Position numbers and translations under genes: made by a program
Origin: Oculina patagonica
Taxonomy: Eukaryota
Assembly: GCF_052425735.1 (NCBI RefSeq)
Contig: NC_135765.1
Coordinates: 1,364,001-1,428,000 of the forward strand
DNA: 64,000 bases
Direction: 5' to 3'
Notes under the pieces: generated by a model
The model's database searches: none
Told to the model about the DNA's origin: nothing
The model's input: the letters and a program-made list of their open reading frames with translations, nothing else
Shown: positions 13,901 through 28,700 of the stretch, piece by piece
How positions within the stretch are numbered: position 1 is the stretch's first letter
Layout of the letters: every line of letters starts with the position of its first letter

Positions 13901-16900
13901 TATATAAACTACTTGTTCAAGTCTCAGGTTACGTTATTTCGTACTCGAATTAACCGTCAAAACGTTTCACGCAAATTTAGAGAGCACAGAATGGAGACAC
14001 CATGTTGGAGCCCAACTGCCTGGGCTCCAACATGGCGGCTGGAAATCAATGAAAACATCTGGCATTAAATTCTGCAACAAAAAGCGATCAGATCACCCTC
14101 ATGAACAAGTAAACATTCAGGTAAACACTTCTCGCAAAACCTTAACTGTCCAGATTGTCAAAAATCGCAGGATGAGGCATTTAGAAAACGCGACAGCCTC
14201 CTGGCGGCCATCTTTGATCTCGTATGGCGTGAAACTCCGAAATTCAAAAAGCTCTATCTTAATGACGGCAACTGCTATCGAGCTAAAACCTTCAACAAGA
14301 TATATTAAGGACGTCTAATAGCCAGTGAAGGATAAAACCTCAGGGGTCTTGCGATTCTGGGTGTTAGAATTTTGATGACGTCAAGTGAAAACCAGGAATA
14401 CAGTATGTTGCCCTATTACCGGACACTTTTTGCACTAACCGTAATATCTTACCTCAAAACAGCACTTACGAGCTGAAACTTACCCACAATGTAGCTTCCA
14501 CTGCTGGTAAGTAGCTCGTGAAGTTTTATCTTCTAAATCTCTTTGGCTTCTTTGTAATCACGGAAAGAGTTGGTCAAATTCGGTGCCCTAATTCCGGACG
14601 AGTTGCCCTAATTCCGGACGATCGTTACGAGGAAAATACTCCCTTTCTCTCGGAAATATTATTCCCGATCATGGCAAAATATAAGTAATTAGGGCTAAAT
14701 AAAGAATTATTCTTTTGAAAAATTGTCTTTCAGGCAAAATTTAAAGCATTTTTCTTTCAATTTTAGCGAGGTAATCATCAGACCATTGACATAAACAATG
14801 TTCAGTGAATGTTTCGGCCACTTGAAACGAAGTTCGCCAACGAAGATTAATCAATACCAAAACCGGTATTGAAGCTTAAATACAGCACAGACAGTTACAA
14901 AAATGCCTTTTTTTCAAAACCTATTCCGTAAAATTGTTTTCAAATAGGTAAACAAGTTTGCTGTAGGTATGCGTCCGGAATTAGGCACACCTCATTAAAA
15001 ATTCAACTTAACTCTTTGGTGACCGTGCTCGGAAATTAAGAGCGAAAACCGAAAATTTATTATATGCTGATAAACCTAGTCCTTTTACCTTTACTTTAAT
15101 ATATATATAAATATAATCTATCGCGCACTTTGCGAGAGCAGAGCGCTTTATTGAAACGATGTAGTTTGACGCGCTGTAAAAATCGGATTTAAGAAGAAAA
15201 AATTTTTACCTACCTCCACGAAAACTTGAATTTTCCCGTCTAAACGGAGCGCAGCTCGGCCAAGAAAAGAGCAAACGAAAGCAGACTAATCGCTAAGTCT
15301 TCTGAACATTTTGTTTAACTTAATTTTACTGTTACGACGATATACGAAATTGTTAAGTCGAAGTGTCCGGGAATAGGGGTGTCCGGGAAATAGGGCAACA
15401 TACTGTATGTTTTGTTTGTCTGTTTACATTTGCACGCGATCGATCAATCTTCAGTCATTGCCAATCTCCTCATAACATCATTCACAAAAACCAGCAGTAA
15501 CATATCTTACCCTCCCAATCTGAGACTCCCGTTTTCATTTCCAAACACCCACATTTCACCTTGTTTGAGACAGTGCGCTGTATAGAAAAACAATAACAAG
15601 AAAAAAGGATATCTTATTTTTATCTTTAGGCAAAGCAGGACCTGCTGGTCCCCAGGGCCCACCCGGTAAAGACGGTATTCAGGGGCCCCAAGGTATCAAG
15701 GGAGACCAGGGCGAAATAGGACCTCAAGGAGCCATGGGTCTTCAGGGGCCACGAGGAGAGCCAGGTTTGGTTCTTTCACTAATCTAGTTAAAGGCTTCCG
15801 CGCCGCATTGAAGCAGAGTATGTTCACGGATATTAATTAAGTGAGGTCAAAATTAAGCCCGATATATTACACCGCTCTGATGAAGTTATTCAATAAATCG
15901 AAAAAAAAAATCACTCAACATCAACAGAATCTAGTCTTCCATCAATGCCATGAACAGTTTACTTTGCCCCAAGGGATCTCCCCCCCCCCGCACTTTGGCA
16001 CTAGCCTCACTAGTATACGTAGCAGCAGCTTAAATTTCTAATTCAATTCTACTTTTATATCTTCACTCGGTCAATCGCTCATACTCTTTCTATACTCCTT
16101 CAGTTGTCTTCTTTCAGTATTTTCTTATTTACCAATCTGTATCCAAATTTCACTGATACCTCTCTGCACATTCTTTTCCAGGACCGCCCGGCCCACCTGG
16201 CCTTCTTGTAAGTATCGCGCACAGTATTGTCACTTTAATAGGAAACAGTTTTAACTCACAGCGAGCGTTGGGAGAGTGTGATCGTTCGGGCTAGGATAGT
16301 CCTGAAAAGCATGATTGCTTACGACCGACATTTCATGAACCTGAGCGAAAGTCACTCTTCAGAGGGGTTGTCGACCTGAACTGCGGCTCATCCGCGTTAT
16401 AACAGAGTAATTTAGCTTCGAGTGGTGGTTCATTTAAGCTCAATATTCATAACTCACCGTACCTTTCAAGTACACTTCGGCGGCATATCAGACGAGTAAA
16501 TTTGGTCGAGCCATGGTTCGCATTTGTGCCGAAGATCAAACGAGCCTGATCTGTCACCGAACACAGCAAAAGGTTCGATTGGGTATTAACCGTACCCAAA
16601 TTTGCCTCAAAATCTTGGATATGAGGTCAGTGAATTGATATCGCAGGCAATCAGGGCAGTTCTAGTAGATTGGCTTATTGCGAATTTGTGTACGATAAAC
16701 TATAAACTAGGCATAGGTTTTCTTGTGGTTGTCTTTTGTTAATGTTAACCAATAAACTTATTGTTTCTGCTTTGTTATAAATTTCAGATAAGCGAGAGCA
16801 TTCATTTGGTCGGAAAAGGCAAACAAACAAAACAAGCTCGTAAGTACAATCATAAAGTATGACTCGCTTAGAACCAAGAGTGACTAACATCGAATTTCTC

Positions 16901-17996
16901 CTTACAATATCAATACATTATCAAGCCGATAGGTGATGAGAATTAAGAAAGCTATCAGCTAGGAGATGTGTCTTGTTGTACCAACAGATTCTCAAAGTAA
17001 ATCAACAGATCCAGTGAGGAGAGTTAGCATTTTGAGCTTACCCCTTCATCGTTCTTTCTGTAACTAAGGATACCGGCTTTATTTCCCGGCAAAATTTTAA
17101 TTTATCAAGTTCTTTGATTATTTACTAAAATCTTTACATCACATTAGCCTTGGAATGCAATTTTAATTTGTCGCGCCGAAGTTGCATCGAGTTTCGAACA
17201 GGTTCGAAACTCCTGCGATATCGCGGCGATTTTATCGCCGCTAGTTTACACGCGTGCAAACTCGCGACGATTTGATGACGATTTTATTGCCGCGATATCG
17301 CAGGAAACTTCATGCAACTTTGGCGTGACCAAAATTGCATTGAGTTGCGCGACAAAAGTCGCCTATGCAAGCGGGCGTTAACTGTTTCCCAAGCGGCCTG
17401 AAGGGGTAAAAATTAATGAGAACTGAGATTTGGGCAAATTTTCACTAAGAAAATGTGATTTAGTCACTGGGACTGGGAATTACAAACCAAAACAATGGAA
17501 CTGGGAGTGGGATTTCGGCAAAATTTGAGGAACGATAGGCTGGAAAATTGGATTTGGGCAAAATTTAGGCTGGCAAATGGGATTTTTCCTCCCTTCAGGA
17601 CCCTCTTTCTTACTCATTTCTGCCTCTCTTTCAGATCGCCATCTTATCACCAACTGGAGTGTCAGACACAGGCTGGGCAGCATCCTGTACCATGAGTCCA
17701 CGGGAACCGTGGAGATCAAAAGAGCAGGATACTACTTCATATACAGCCAAATGTACTATTACGACGGCGACACGCTACAGATGGCTCATAACACGTACAT
17801 CAACAACGAAATTGTCATGGAAAGCTTAGCGAGCGTCATAAATCAAACAAAAAAGTACAACACTAAGTATCATGGCGGAGTGTTTTTGCTTCGAGTTAAC
17901 GACACCATCTCTGTCCGTGTGCCGTACACGAGTCGCTACAACATGGACAGCTTGAAAAGTTTCTTTGGGGCATTTTTGATTCATCCTGCTTACTGA
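10993..17996 (+). CDS. G2: collagen-containing TNF superfamily ligand, ~358 aa, exons 10993-11286, 11405-11474, 12608-12628, 12861-12878, 13121-13219, 15630-15764, 16182-16207, 16788-16839, 17635-17996
   Basis: MEKRGH start, hydrophobic TM, coiled coil, furin RDKR, Cys/Lys microexons, ~31 Gly-X-Y triplets, ISESIHLVG strand A, THD with [11 protein letters not shown] and FFGAFL. GT-AG introns with consistent phase. Microexon boundaries are less certain. Confidence 0.87.
14401..15405. mobile_element. Non-autonomous Tc1/mariner/pogo-type DNA transposon in G2 intron 5
   Basis: TIR CAGTATGTTGCCCTATT...AATAGGGCAACATACTG, TA target duplication, no transposase ORF. Confidence 0.75.
17393..17605 (+). 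repeat. Dispersed ~200-bp repeat (other copies ~19325-19500 on -, ~57300-57487 and ~58218-58410 on +)
   Basis: Shared ttgggcaaattttcact..gtcactgggactgggaat..cccttcaggaccctc. Confidence 0.7.
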
Positions 17997-18359
17997 CAAT
18001 TAAGAGGGCTATGACCGGATTGCACAGGGTGATGTGTCGAAATGTGTAAATAACAATTGGCAGTTGTAGCGTAAACCATTTCATCTGTGTAGGGATTTTG
18101 AATGGTTAGGTAGAAACTGTTATTTAACTTCAGGTACATACAGAATTTTTTTCATGCGCTCAAATATTTCCCCGCGAGATAGGCCAGGGTCTGATCGTTA
18201 CTCGAACCCTGGTATGTCAGAACCTTAAAATATAACAATCTGGCAGAATCTCCTTGAGATTTCATAAGATTGAACCCGTTTGTTACTTGTGCGTGGAAAT
18301 TCAAAACAGAGCTACAATCATAGTCAATACACACATCTCTGTGGCGTGACAAATCCTTA

Positions 18360-18736
18360 AGCCCCGGCTAAACGATCAAACGTTTTCGTCCAACATCATG
18401 TTGGAAAAGTATGCTTGGCCGTTTAGCCCCCTCTATCAACACTGCATTTTAAGGGCTTCCCATGTTTGATCTAGATCAAACATTTTCATTCAACATTTTG
18501 CTTCACGAGCAAGCGTTTGATCGTTTAGCCACCTCTGCAAACAAAGAAGCCCAAGCGGGAAAAAGTAACCAATCAGAAACCGAATCTATGTGACGTTTCA
18601 GCGGTAATACGCACAAAGCGTTATGTGGGCCCACTTTCTTCGATGTTTGATCAAACACTGTTTGCTTGATTAGCCACCCCATGTTGTATGCGACAATGTT
18701 GGACGAAAGTGTTTGATCGCCGGTTTAGCCGGGGCT
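18360..18736. mobile_element. PIF/Harbinger-like MITE
   Basis: TIR AGCCCCGGCTAAAC...GTTTAGCCGGGGCT flanked by TTA on both sides. Confidence 0.7.
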
Positions 18737-18804
18737 TTACGAGCTGAGAAAGAATTGAGTGCACGAAGACCTAGAGAGACGTCTCTTTACGTACTAGGCT
18801 AATT

Positions 18805-18910
18805 AACAATTAGCCCCTTAGCCCGCATGGGCTACGGATCAATAGCCCATGAGGCGAAGCCGAATGGGCTATTGACCCGTGGCCCTTAAGGGCGAAGGGT
18901 CTAATTGTTT
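18805..18910. repeat. Short palindromic hairpin element
   Basis: aacaattag..tcaatagcccat / atgggctattga..ctaattgtt. Confidence 0.55.
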
Positions 18911-19736
18911 TAGTATCACCCAACTAGTTGGACAGGAAAAGCAATAATAAAGTTAGCAAATACAAGTTAAAAAACATTTATTTCGGAATAAAACGAAAGA
19001 AAGCGTCATGCTCGATTGCTCAGTAATCGATGACTATTACTAATGGTCCTCTAGTGGAGTAGCCAATCAAAATGCAGTATTTGCATTAGTCCACTAGTTA
19101 GGTGATACTAATCAAAAATTAGACTACCAGCCTGAGTTTTCTATGAGCCAGGCGCCGCTGAGTTGTCTTTCGCCCATAGAAAACGAGAGCGAGTAGTCCA
19201 ATTGTTTTAGTAGACACTCTAAAGGATTACAGTCTAAAAACTACAACTTTAAGCATTTATAAACCCAAACCGGATTTTCGGTAGAACACGACTGAGTGTT
19301 CACTAATTGTTTTTAGTTATTGGAGGGTCCTGATGGAGGGGGAGTGGGGTGAGCCAAACTTTTTTCAGCTTATGTTTTACCAAATCCCAGTCCCAGTCCT
19401 ATTTTTTGTCTGTGAGTCCCAGTCCCAATGACTCAAATCCCATTTTGCCAGTGACATTTGCCCAAATCCCAGTTCCCATATTATCCCTTCAGGACCCTCT
19501 TATTGTTTTGACTCGTCACGTACAAATCGCGCTGTGAAGTCTTCGAACTTTTTAAAAGTTTATGTCAAGTGCCGTGTTTTGTCTTTAGCTAGGAGTTGGT
19601 GAATCACGTACAATCCTAATTCAAGTTCAAGACGAAAATCATGGGTCTCCTTTAATCAGAGAGCCAGTTCTTGGTTGTAAATAACTATGTTTATATAAGT
19701 ATTCCATTGAATTGAAACTGCTAGACCAGTACTTAA

Positions 19737-20641
19737 AGGGACTGTGTCACGGATTTTAGCTAAATTTAAGCATAGGAAATGACCATCAAATTCAGTGAAA
19801 TCAGAAACCCATAAGGCTGGAAACGTGTAACTCCCTATGATTCGCATTGTACAAAGCGTTTACACATTCGTTTACACTAAGTACCATATTTGGAAAATTA
19901 CGAGAACCATTTAACCAATCAAAATTACTTTGTTAGGTTTAAATTCACAGCGCGCGCTAGCTCGTGCTCGATGGCGTAATCTTGTTTTTGAACAAGCTTG
20001 GTTGAATAAAGTTAAATTTGGTTAAATTCTCCTGTTTCATCTTCTTGAAGTAGTCTGGAGAACTTCACTTCGATACACTTAATGTATTTCTTTAGTTTCT
20101 GTAAGAAATTTACGGCGTTTAGGTCGAAATTCAAGCAACTTACCTCAAAACCAAAAATTATGTTGCGTGTGTCATTTCGTGAATAACATTCGCGTACAAA
20201 TTATTCTTGTTTCCAAATATGGTACTTAGCAAAATGAATATTCAAACGCTATGCACGCGCGTTACACGTTTCAACCCTTATGGGTTTCTGGTGAAATATA
20301 AAAATAACCTCTTAAAACAGTGAAGGAACATTAAATTATTTTCAATAACACACCAAATACAAAAGAAGGTACGGATGGCCAAAAGCGACGAAGATTGAAA
20401 CGGATTGAGATATGGGTTTTTGAAATACTGTTGGGCTGAACAGTTTTCAAAGTTAATCTTGTTTGCTTGTAACTTTAAATTATAACGCCCGGTAGGCACA
20501 TTAGTCACATTTAAATGCAATGAAGCTAGTGTTTTCTCATTTAGATCCATAGACGTAATTTCTTTGCAAACATCAAGTTTCATAGCACGTATTTGGCAAA
20601 ACTTAATAAAATAAACTTCACTCAGCCGTGACACAGTCCCT
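19737..20641. mobile_element. Non-autonomous TTAA-specific DNA transposon (Kolobok-like)
   Basis: TTAA|AGGGACTGTGTCACGG...CCGTGACACAGTCCCT|TTAA. Confidence 0.72.
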
Positions 20642-22563
20642 TTAAGCCCTAGACTACATGGCTACATGAGAAATGCACCATCTTACCGAACAGCGCCGGA
20701 TGTTTCCAGTAGATCTCGGCGACCTTCATGCTACTCATGTCTGTAAAAAGAACACCACAAATGGTAAATAAAAGTCTGATCGAGCTATATTCAACCGATA
20801 TCCGATTTAATAAAGGCCTGCTATCTGGATACTGATTACTGAATGAGCATAAGCTGGCTCACAATTGTGAGATAAGCAGAAGCATAACAACAAGGATGTT
20901 CCCACTTCCGATAAGCACAAGAAAAAGACGTCAAACGCACCCGCAGAGATTTAGAAATTCTGCCCAGTGAACGTCACAGGATGGGAATCACGTACAAAAG
21001 CCAAATGTTTTGTTTGTACTCGTGTTTATCTCACACCAGTTTGAACTCGCGGAATAAGCGTAAGCACAAGCACAAGAAAGTATTTGCGTATTCCATCCCC
21101 CCTCCCTCTACATACACACTCCCGAAGCTTACCACCCAGATTCCTGTATACAGTGAAGCGATTAGACGTATAGCTACTTTCCCCCAGTCCCAGTGCATTG
21201 TGTCAGGGTCAGGTTTCCCCAACTGGTCGCTAGTACTGATTTACACTCGTGGCTGGAGAAAGGAGGAAAATTGGCGTTTTCGTTCCATGTGAAATAGTGT
21301 GCAAACCACTAATGATAATATAAAGTCTATATTTTCTGAAAGCTTATTGAATAAAGATTAAAATTTGGATTTTGTTTTGATCATATAGCCCATAATACGC
21401 AACGCCAGCATTTTGTTTGTATTATGATGTTGCGTAAAATTAGGTTTATTGGAGAACACATTTACGTGAGAGCCTTAACTTTTATGTGGAATTTGATCTA
21501 CATATATTGGTCTAAAAAAATAAACGATGTCTCAGATTTTTCTTGTCTTGCTCCATTAATTTTTTATGAATTTTTAATTCTAAAGAAGCCCTAAAAACGC
21601 CATTTTGAAGTTTAAAAAATTTATATAAAATTAATGGAGCAAGAAAAGAAAAATCTGATATACTTTATTGAGGTTACCATTGATGGTTTGCACACAATTT
21701 AACTTAGAACGAAAACGTCAATTTTCCTTCCATGATACCTTAAGTGCATGCCTTACTCAAGAATTTAACGCAATGCAGTGATCCCAGCCAGGGCCCAAAC
21801 ACAAGACGCTCGATCTGGTGCCTACTTATTCATCACAGGTCATCTGCTGTCTGACAGCTCGAACCGACCCGTAAAGCCCTGTTCACGCTTGTTTGATAAG
21901 CACAAGTATAAGAAAAATCGTGTGTGAACAGAAGCAGTGGCCTGCATGATTACGATTTGAGCAATATCACGAGAGAAGTTTCCAAAGCTTTTGTGTAAAC
22001 TGTGATGCAATTATGGGGGTGCACTCAGTGACCAACAACATAAACTTTGAACAACAAAAGAAAGGCATTAAGATGCGAATAAACGTAATCAATGTTTTTT
22101 AAGTGATTTCTTGCAAGTATCACTGACAAACTTGAAAACGTCGGGCCGACTTTTTCAAGTTTTAGGCCACTTCTGTCCTCAGTCCGTCCGTAGCCAAATT
22201 ATCTTTCAACAATTTTCGTGACTAGTGCAGTACGTTTTAATAGCAGGGTCAGATCTAACATTAAAAGAAATAATGGGCAGTCACTAAAGAGAATTAACAT
22301 CTCGAGGCTGGCAGCGGTTTGATTCACAGAAGAGTCAAGCTGCAGCCAGCATGGCATATTCCCATTGCACAATTTCTCCCATAACCAGGATTTTACAGTA
22401 CTACTCTAAAATTGGCGAATTTCGTCATATTCAGAGATTCAAGTCATTTTTCCAGCTTCCCCTCATTCCCTAACCAAGCGATGTACTTGCAGGACACCTA
22501 AAACTCATAATTTCTCTTTGGCGCTGTCAATCATCTCAGCACATGCGCTATGGTGCTTTTGTT

Positions 22564-22582
22564 TTCCGAGAAATTCTATAAA
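22564..22582 (+). promoter_or_regulatory. Putative STAT (GAS) site plus TATA box upstream of G3
   Basis: TTCCGAGAA followed by TATAAA, about 130 bp upstream of the ATG. Confidence 0.45.
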
Positions 22583-22702
22583 GCTCAACGAAGCGTGGGG
22601 ACATTAGAAGACATTTCTTCGGAGGCGATGTGTCGAGCCCCCGATCAAAACAAGAGGACGATTTTGGCGCTTAGAGTTTCCTCGTAAAACACACCATAAG
22701 CG

Positions 22703-25700
22703 ATGGACCAACGCGACAAAACGTGTGCGCGGCGCACTTTTATCAACTTCGGGATACTAACAGCTGCATTATACATCATAATCGTGACGTTTTTCGTGGT
22801 AAATCTGAATCGTTTAGTTGTGTGGCAGTCTGCTAGAATTCAAACACTGGAAACTGTCACAGACGAGCTGACTGCTCGTGTTGACAAGTTGGAAAACAGT
22901 TTCGCAGCTCAGAAGACTGACGAGAAATCTGTGGGTGGAACTGATCGCGTTTTGGAGGGAAAATCAGCGCGTCTGAAAAACAAGGTAGGCTATTTCGACG
23001 GCGCGAAGTTAGTATAACTCTAGATAATTGCGTATTCAAATATTGCTTTGAATTTGCTTATCAGTGTTCGTAGAACTGATGCATTCATTAGGAAGGTGGA
23101 ATAAAAGAGGATTGTTCTTTTCTAATTTTCTGTAGCTCGCTTTATCCGATGTTCCTCAGGGGAGGGACAGAAGACAGTTTGACGGCTACTGTCCATGCTT
23201 ACAAGGTAATCTTGGTGCCAAAAATAATACTCTATTGACACGGTTAAGAGACTCCAAGGACATACATTTAAAAACAATTGGTTTGCATCAAAGAAGAAGA
23301 TGTACGCATAGAACAGGTCAAAACCAGTGAGAGGGGTGAAATTCAGCCTGTCTGCGAGTGAAAGAATTCCATTATCTCTATAGAACAAAGAAAGCTTAAA
23401 ATGAATGCCAAATGGCCTTTAGAGTTTGTTTACTTCCGTGTTTGGTGCCTATAAGTCGTGAATTTGTAAACTAATCAGTTTTACAAGAACCGAACAACTA
23501 AAACATTCACTTATCACTTGGTGTTTTGAAACTGGACTCCGAGCAACAAGTAAACATCTTTATATTGAGCTCATTTTATTTCGGTCAATCGCTGCAAAAT
23601 GTGATAGCGTGACCCTTAAATGGGGACAATAATAGTCTCGATGACAGATCAACTTAAACTGTTTTCTTTTGCATAATTTTGTTTCTCGGAAATCCTTGAT
23701 TTGTTTTGGCTAGAACAGATCGATGAGATTCCGCTGGAGCCTTAAATCTCGCCGGACAAAAATCCGGCGGAAATAGATATAAGTGAATTGTTGACGTGAC
23801 AAAACCCGCAAGGAACAATCGTAAATTTCGGCGGAAACAGCGTCTGGGTGCGTGAGTACGTGATAAGCTGAGCTTAACGTTTGAACAATAAAATACAGAC
23901 GACTTGACGACAGCTCGCCGATGTAAAAATAAGTTTTAGTCTTTGACCTCCACAGGAACAGCTTAGGAACAAAAGGCGGAGAACGTGTCAAGATATTTGC
24001 TTCAAATGGAACCAATGGACATTAAAATTCAATTTACACGTTGTGTAATTTGCATATAATGTATTTGTCATTCTGACCTTGGGAATTAATTGTTCAGGTT
24101 CATTCAAACATCAAAACAATTTGATTACATTTTCATTTGCAACTTTATTACAATGCAAGAGTATCTTTTAAGCTAAAAGCGAAAATTAAATATACCGCTG
24201 TACATTTTACTGCAAAGTTTTCACTTCAAACGCCTGGAATGAAAAACAGGTGTTGATTGCGTGACCGACGAAGAAGAAAATAATCGTGGACAAGGGAATC
24301 TCGAAATACGGGGACTCGCGGAACGCGAAAATTTTACATTGAAGAGCATTTAAATTAATGTTAAACGTTTTGGATGATTAAGTTTCGTTTCTTATTAGGA
24401 CTAGAATTCTCTGATTTTTGATGGCTTGAAATCATATTTTCCCCCAAACAATCATCTGTTTCCAAGAAAAGGAGAACAGTATCATAAATTGCAATTTTCA
24501 ACTCTATAATTCACCCGTCTTCTATTAATTTTTGTTTATATTTTCCTTTCAGGCCCTAAGGGAGATGTGGGTCCACAAGGACCCAAAGGAACTACAGGTT
24601 AGAAACTGCTTAGCTGATAATGAATCTACATGTATCTGCTTCAAGTACGTTTTAGAACCGAGAGTTTCTTGGCTCACACATGCATGCACACGCTGCCACC
24701 GAATGTTTTTTTGTGGTGGTCTTTATTAAATCTTTGAAATTACGCGAATTGGACAGTTTAAGCGTCGATCATTGGTCAATATTGCTACAATAGCCCTTCT
24801 TATTCACGCCGTGGTTAATCTGTTTCGGGTCACGTGGTACGCCGTTCGTCCCGGTGACGTATCAACAATGAAAGGAGGTTTTACGGAAACTTTGGAAAAC
24901 AAATGTTTTGTGCGCCAAAAAGAAAGTAAATAGTTCACAGACGTTTTGGGACTACGCGGCGTAACCGTTGCGTCAATACGCATACGTGACGTACAACGAG
25001 TGTGACTAACAAACGCTTGATATTTGCAAAGTTAAAATCTGCATACAAAGAAGACTGACGTAATTTGCCTTCCGAATGCTATTGCTTCGTGTTTCTTCAC
25101 ACAAAAAAGAAGAGCCTAGTGAATATTTTGTTAACATTTTTCAGAAGCGTGCTTTTTTCCAAGTAAAAAATGTCCCTGATGGAACTTCCTTTAGGCCATG
25201 ACAGTCCTATTTGCTCGTGAAGATATAGACTGGAATCGAACCAGCACATATTTTAATTTTCTTCCACTGATACTTTTCATTTTAAAGCTGCGCGGCCGTG
25301 TTTGTAACTATTTTCGTCAGCACAAAGGGACCTTGTAGATATTTAAAGAACCATTTTATTTGTTTTATTTCTTTCTAATCGTTTCGTTTTGTTTCTTTTC
25401 GTAGGTCGACGAGGTAAAAAAGGTAAACGAGGTTAGTTTTTTTTTCAGTAAAGGAAGACGATCGAATTGTCGCATATGTTGTCCGTGCCATACGTACCTC
25501 CCAGCCCACCTGAGGTTTGGTCCCAACCCAGGTCAACATGTCGAAAATGAAAAGATGGTGGTTTGGCCTTCAATGCTGAAAAAGTTATGAACAAGCTTTT
25601 GAAAAAGCAAATAAAGAGGAGCTGTATGACTGAATACACTTTAGCAGGAGTCCAAGTTAAATTATGCATTTTCATAACCTTAACTGAAGCATACTATCGT

Positions 25701-28700
25701 CCAGTTAGTCTTTTCGACTTGCCCTGTTAATACCAACAAATGTCAAGAGCTATTACGAATGTCACCCCCTACTCCTCGTACATTTGCGGCTGTTTGCTCC
25801 CTGATTGGCAGGGACTTAAAAAACTAACACGAAGCCCGTGTGAAAGATGTTTTCAATTGGTAAAGGTGTGCCGTTTTTAACCGTGATGGTTAATCACCAA
25901 ATGGCGCCTTTTCCTCAGGGCACAAGGGAGATCAAGGCCCCCAAGGTGAAACAGGCCCAACTGGTCCTAAGGGCTCCAACGGAACACAAGGACCTCCAGG
26001 GGGACCTGGTGTCCAAGGACCAAAAGGTAAGATTTCCATAAAGGGTTATAAGTATTAAGGGTGGTGCTTCACCTGTGTTGCAAAGTCAATACGCACAGTG
26101 CTTATCGCTTTAGCCGTTAAAAAAATGAAATTAACCAATCAGAACCCGCCTCCAGAGCACGAAACCAAGGGAAAAAGTCGCGTGAGCCAATTACAGGTTA
26201 CGATTAGTTTTGGTTGTGGATCGTGGCGAAAATATTTAAATCCTTATTCTGATTTGTTAAGGAAGAACGAATTTAGTAAACTACTTATAAAGTTAATTAA
26301 ACTACAAACGCCGAAGTAAACCGGCACGCAATTTATATCAAAAGTCATTACGAAAGAAAAATAAATTTGACTGATAACAAGCAACTGAAGATTAACTTAC
26401 CGTTTTTTCGGTTTTGCTATTGTCCGTTTTACCATTCAAAGGTTAACGCCTCTCAGTTCATTTTCAAACGATGCCAATGCGTGTTCACTGTAGATTCAGC
26501 ACACTGAAACAGAACAATTATTATATTAGAAGTGACTCTCATAATACATGTGTCGTGTTTCAGGTGACACTGGACCCATAGGCCCACAGGGAATAGGAGG
26601 TAAAAATGGCTCTCAGGGCCCTCCAGGTGTCAACGGGGCCCCGGGTGCAATAGGGGCCAAGGGCGAAATGGGCCTCCAAGGACTCAAAGGAGACATAGGT
26701 AAGAACTTGTTTGCAATGGATATTGTTAGCTAATAAATAAATCACCTTTATTTAGACACGGTGAGGATTAAAGCTATAAGCGTGTGGGCCGTGTATTTCA
26801 AATTGAATTGGAATTTGGAAGTGTTGGTTTTTGTAGAGGGGGCAAAACCGGAGAACCCGGAAAAACCCTCGGAGCAATTCTTGGACGAGAACAACAACAA
26901 ACTCAACCCACATGTGGTACCGGGCCGGAATCGAACCTGGGCCACATTGGCGGGAGGCGAGCGCTCTCACCACTGCGCCATTCCTGCTCCGACACAACAT
27001 TATGTTGTTTTGAGGAAATACCTGAATCTTCCAAATTTAAGTCACTTTCTCTTGGGTATGCGTGTGTAACAGTCACTCAGTGCCAGTTGCACGTGTCGAT
27101 CACTATACACCGATGATCATCAAAACATCTATTTACCTTATTGTTACTTATTTTCGCGGGAACTTAATTTCGCGAAAATGGAACGGGGATATTTCGCGGG
27201 ACTTAAATTTCGCGATTTGGCCAAAAAATCGTAATTAACATAAAAAATACAATAGAAAACGTTTGAAATAAATTTTCGCGGGTCTTAAATTTCGCGATTT
27301 TTTGAAAATCGCGAAAACTAAGTCCAGCGAAAATAAGTAACAATAAGGTAGGTTTCTGTCGTAAAAGTCCCCGTTTCTTCTCGACGTTGTGCTTTTCGCT
27401 GCTTAGTAGAAGCACTATTCCATTCTTTGTTTTTCACTCAGAGCTACCTGCGGGAACATATAGTTACTGACTAATTTGATTTGTATTTCACTCTCACTTT
27501 TCAGTATTGTGTACTATTGTGAAACTTATACACATTTTCTATGTCGTGAATTGCAAGTGAATATACGGTAAAGACACGAAACGTTTGGTATAGGGCAAAA
27601 AATACCAAACATATTCCAGGGGCACTCAAAGTTCCTTTTTTGATCTTTTTTGTTCACAGGACCTCCTGGTCCGCCAGGCCAATCGGTAAGTAAAATACTG
27701 GCTGGCTTTTTTCTACACTATTGATACAAATTATTAACATAGAGTATAAGCCCCTGAAGGGATTTGAAACCTAGCGAGGTAAAGAGATCTTAATTTGACC
27801 TTGCGTAGTAAGACTCGAACACACTGCCGTAGGAATTGATCTTTCCTTTCCGTGGTGATTGAGCTTTATGCAGTGGTAGATTCTCGAGAACCAAGGTCTA
27901 AGACACTAAATTCATTACGCCCATTCATCAGTACTGTATAATTCTAATGATTTCTTTTGTTGCTATTTAGATGGGTGAAAGCATCCACCTTGTTGGTGAT
28001 GGCCACAAAATTCGAAATCCAAGTAATATGCTTTGTTATTGATTGACATTGACATCATATAACTAAATACACTGTAGTTCTTCTCACTGAGTGAAAACGC
28101 GCATGATTTGGAAACTAATCAAGTGCGAATACAGTAAAAGCCCGCGAGTAAGAACCTATTATTTTTCAGGTTAGCCTAAACAGGTTCTTACATAAAGGGT
28201 TATTAACACAAACTTAGGCTAATCAGGTTCTTAATAGGTCCTTAATTTCTGAAGAAAAAAATTTCAATACTTTTATAGAAATTTTAGTGGTATTCGGCCT
28301 ATTCCTTGTATAAAATTTGCATACCACATAAATGCTTACGTAAAAATGAAGCACTACTCATTTAGAATATGACATGATATACATGCACAGTAATGCTTTG
28401 TTCAAACTTATTTCCCAAAAGCAAACATTTTTAATCAATTTTAGAAAATAAGAACCTGTTTCCAAATTTTAGGCTAAATAGGTTCTTATAAAAAGGTATC
28501 TAATTTGCAAATTTTAGCCTAACAGGTTCTTAAATGTTAGGTTCTTACTCGCGGGTTTTTATTGTATTCGTCACCAGGTTCCCACCGCATTTCGAACTGG
28601 GTATTGAAACACAGTGAAGGCAGCATCGTGTACCACTCACCAACCGGACACATTGAGGTGAAGAGAAAAGGCTACTACTACATATACAGCCAAATGTACT

